From: an uncultured Acidobacteriota bacterium
Lineage (GTDB): Bacteria > Acidobacteriota > JAQAZP01
Length of the DNA stretch: 64,000 nucleotides
Direction of reading: 5' to 3'
NCBI GenBank assembly: GCA_963836075.1
Contig: CAWIIB010000008.1
Span: 170,093 to 234,092 of the forward strand
Shown here: positions 62,264 through 64,000 of the stretch, piece after piece
Position numbering within the stretch: the stretch's first letter is position 1
Layout of the letters: the number at the start of each line of letters is the position of its first letter
Notes under the pieces: model-generated
What the model saw: only the letters and a program-made list of their open reading frames with translations
Databases searched by the model: none
What the model was told of the DNA's origin: nothing
Translations under genes and position numbers: made by a program

Positions 62264-62919
62264 GGCATCCTCCCTGAAGGTTCCCCCGGGATAGCTCCCC
62301 CAGCCCGCAGCATGCGGGGACGGAGACGGACCCACTTCAACTCCCGGCGGAGATGATTATTAGTAATGAAAACGTGTGTGGAGACTGCATTGGGACGCCG
62401 ACCAGACGGATGTTCCGACGGTCATCATCCACTATCCTTGCATAACCTATATACCCATTGGGGCTATTTTGGCAAGTACGAAAATAAAAATATTTAATTT
62501 CATTTGATCGAACGTGAGAAATGTCAAGATCCAGGTTATATGTACAGGTATTAAATGAATTATTTGATTTTCAGCATGATTCTGATTTTGGAGTTTTGAT
62601 ATTCGTCAGGACATGTCTTCACTGACCTTGGGTGGTGGTTTTCTTGAGATTGCAATCTTTACAATCGTATCAATATAAAGTAGATAGAAGAATTAGGTGT
62701 CCCGGTGCCTGGTAAAGTCTGGTGTGGCCATCGTAAGCCACTATTTTCGATAAAGGCGGCTCGGTATTACCTCAATGGACAATCCCTGATGTGTCTTCTC
62801 ATATTTGACATCCGGTTGGACGGAGCCTATATCAGTGTATATGGGAACTTGACGTAGACTGCCCGGAGATATAGTTGCGGTGGTGACGCGCCGGGTTCTC
62901 TTGCCAGAGGAAACTCCAC

Positions 62920-63555
62920 ATGGGCGGGGATGGGCTGGGCAACCTGCAGGGGATGAGCGAACCGGCTAAGTTCGCGCCGGACCCGTTCACCGGGAAGCGC
63001 TACCGGCAGTTCCACAGGTTCTTCCGGGCGGACTCGAAAAAGATCCTCGACGTCGGCTGCAACACGGGAAGGGGCGGAGTGGCGCTTCATCAACTGGACC
63101 AGCGCCTGGAACTGCACGGTCTCGACCGCGTGGAGGATCACCGGGGCCTGCTGGCCGACTGCTATGCTCTGGGCGTCTGCGGGCGGGCGTCGGAGATCCC
63201 GGTGAGTGACGGGGCCTATGACGTGGTGCTGGCCGGGGAGCTGGCGGAACACCTGCACGCCGACGAGGCCCATCAATCACTGGCCGAGTTTCACCGGGTT
63301 CTCAAAACGGGCGGCCTGTTGCTGCTGACCACGCCGAACACGTCGTCCCTCAGCCACAGGCTGCTCAGGTCCAGGGTGTTTGACCATGGACACCTGAGCG
63401 AACACCATCCGCGAACCCTGCGCCGCACGCTGCTGGCCATCGGGTTCACCGGTGTGCGATGCTATGGCTCGGGCCGGATGTCCCGCTACCTGGGGATGAA
63501 CTTTCCGCTGCTCATCATGTACGGCAGTTACCTGCTCAAAGCGGACAAGGCCTGA
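62920..63555 (+). CDS. Class I SAM-dependent methyltransferase
   Basis: ILDVGCNTG, YDVVLAGE..EHL, RVLKTGG.LLLTTPN. Confidence 0.85.
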   Translation: MGGDGLGNLQGMSEPAKFAPDPFTGKRYRQFHRFFRADSKKILDVGCNTGRGGVALHQLDQRLELHGLDRVEDHRGLLADCYALGVCGRASEIPVSDGAYDVVLAGELAEHLHADEAHQSLAEFHRVLKTGGLLLLTTPNTSSLSHRLLRSRVFDHGHLSEHHPRTLRRTLLAIGFTGVRCYGSGRMSRYLGMNFPLLIMYGSYLLKADKA

Positions 63556-63626
63556 GCCCCCGGGTGGCCGGCCATTCCAGGTTCCACTACCGTTTGTTCG
63601 ACACTCACCGCCAGGGAGGGCGCAGG

Positions 63627-64000
63627 ATGAAGACCATCATCTACCTCGACTACAATGCCACGACCCCCATCGACCCGCGCGTGGCGGAGGTGATGATGCC
63701 GCTCCTCGGGCCGGTTTACGGCAACCCGTCCAGCTCCCACACCCCGGGGCGCGAGGCGCGCCAGGTAGTGGAGCGGGCCCGCGGGGAGGTGGCCGGCCTG
63801 CTGGGCTGCTCGCCGGATGAGGTTATCTTCACCGGCGGCGGCACCGAGTCGAACAACCACGCCATCCGCGGAGTGGTGCGGGCTTCGGGCAAGCGGCCGG
63901 CCCACGTGATCACCTCGGCGGTGGAGCACCCGGCGGTGACCGAGGTCTGCGACCTGCTCGAGGCGTCCTCCGGCTGCACGGTGACCGTCCTCCCGGTGGA
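63627..64000 (+). CDS. Cysteine desulfurase family protein (IscS/NifS), truncated by window end
   Basis: MKTIIYLDYNATTP, YGNPSS.H, FTGGGTESNN, ITSAVEHPAV. Confidence 0.92.
   Translation, partial: MKTIIYLDYNATTPIDPRVAEVMMPLLGPVYGNPSSSHTPGREARQVVERARGEVAGLLGCSPDEVIFTGGGTESNNHAIRGVVRASGKRPAHVITSAVEHPAVTEVCDLLEASSGCTVTVLPV

Overview
GC-rich bacterial chromosomal window, most consistent with an uncultured Acidobacteriota lineage (inferred from the MraZ/FtsL/FtsZ sequence types and a dcw cluster lacking murB/ddl). From left to right: proline dehydrogenase, a methyltransferase and a thermonuclease; two large secreted proteins (a C25 gingipain-type protease and a propeller/repeat protein) that end in the same ~120-aa C-terminal domain, which I do not recognise; a ~12-kb modification locus with three B12-type radical SAM enzymes, one SPASM/twitch radical SAM, two GT4 enzymes, a methyltransferase and an SxtI/J/K/L-like carbamoyltransferase module (the SxtK-like 57-aa gene is missing from the ORF track); a dcw cluster headed by two mraZ paralogs, each with its own promoter and its own 10-bp repeat motif, plus a STAS gene; a phosphatase-TPR gene; a twin-HTH regulator, TPR protein and secreted protein trio; an NlpD-like M23 lipoprotein; pheST; nptA-phoU; kamA followed by a membrane protein whose start is interrupted by a 94-bp palindromic element; a frameshifted modular secreted protein; a methyltransferase; and a partial cysteine desulfurase. 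Several single-base frameshifts, including one in essential murF, look like long-read errors. No rRNA, tRNA or CRISPR array was seen. All family calls come from motif recognition, not database searches.
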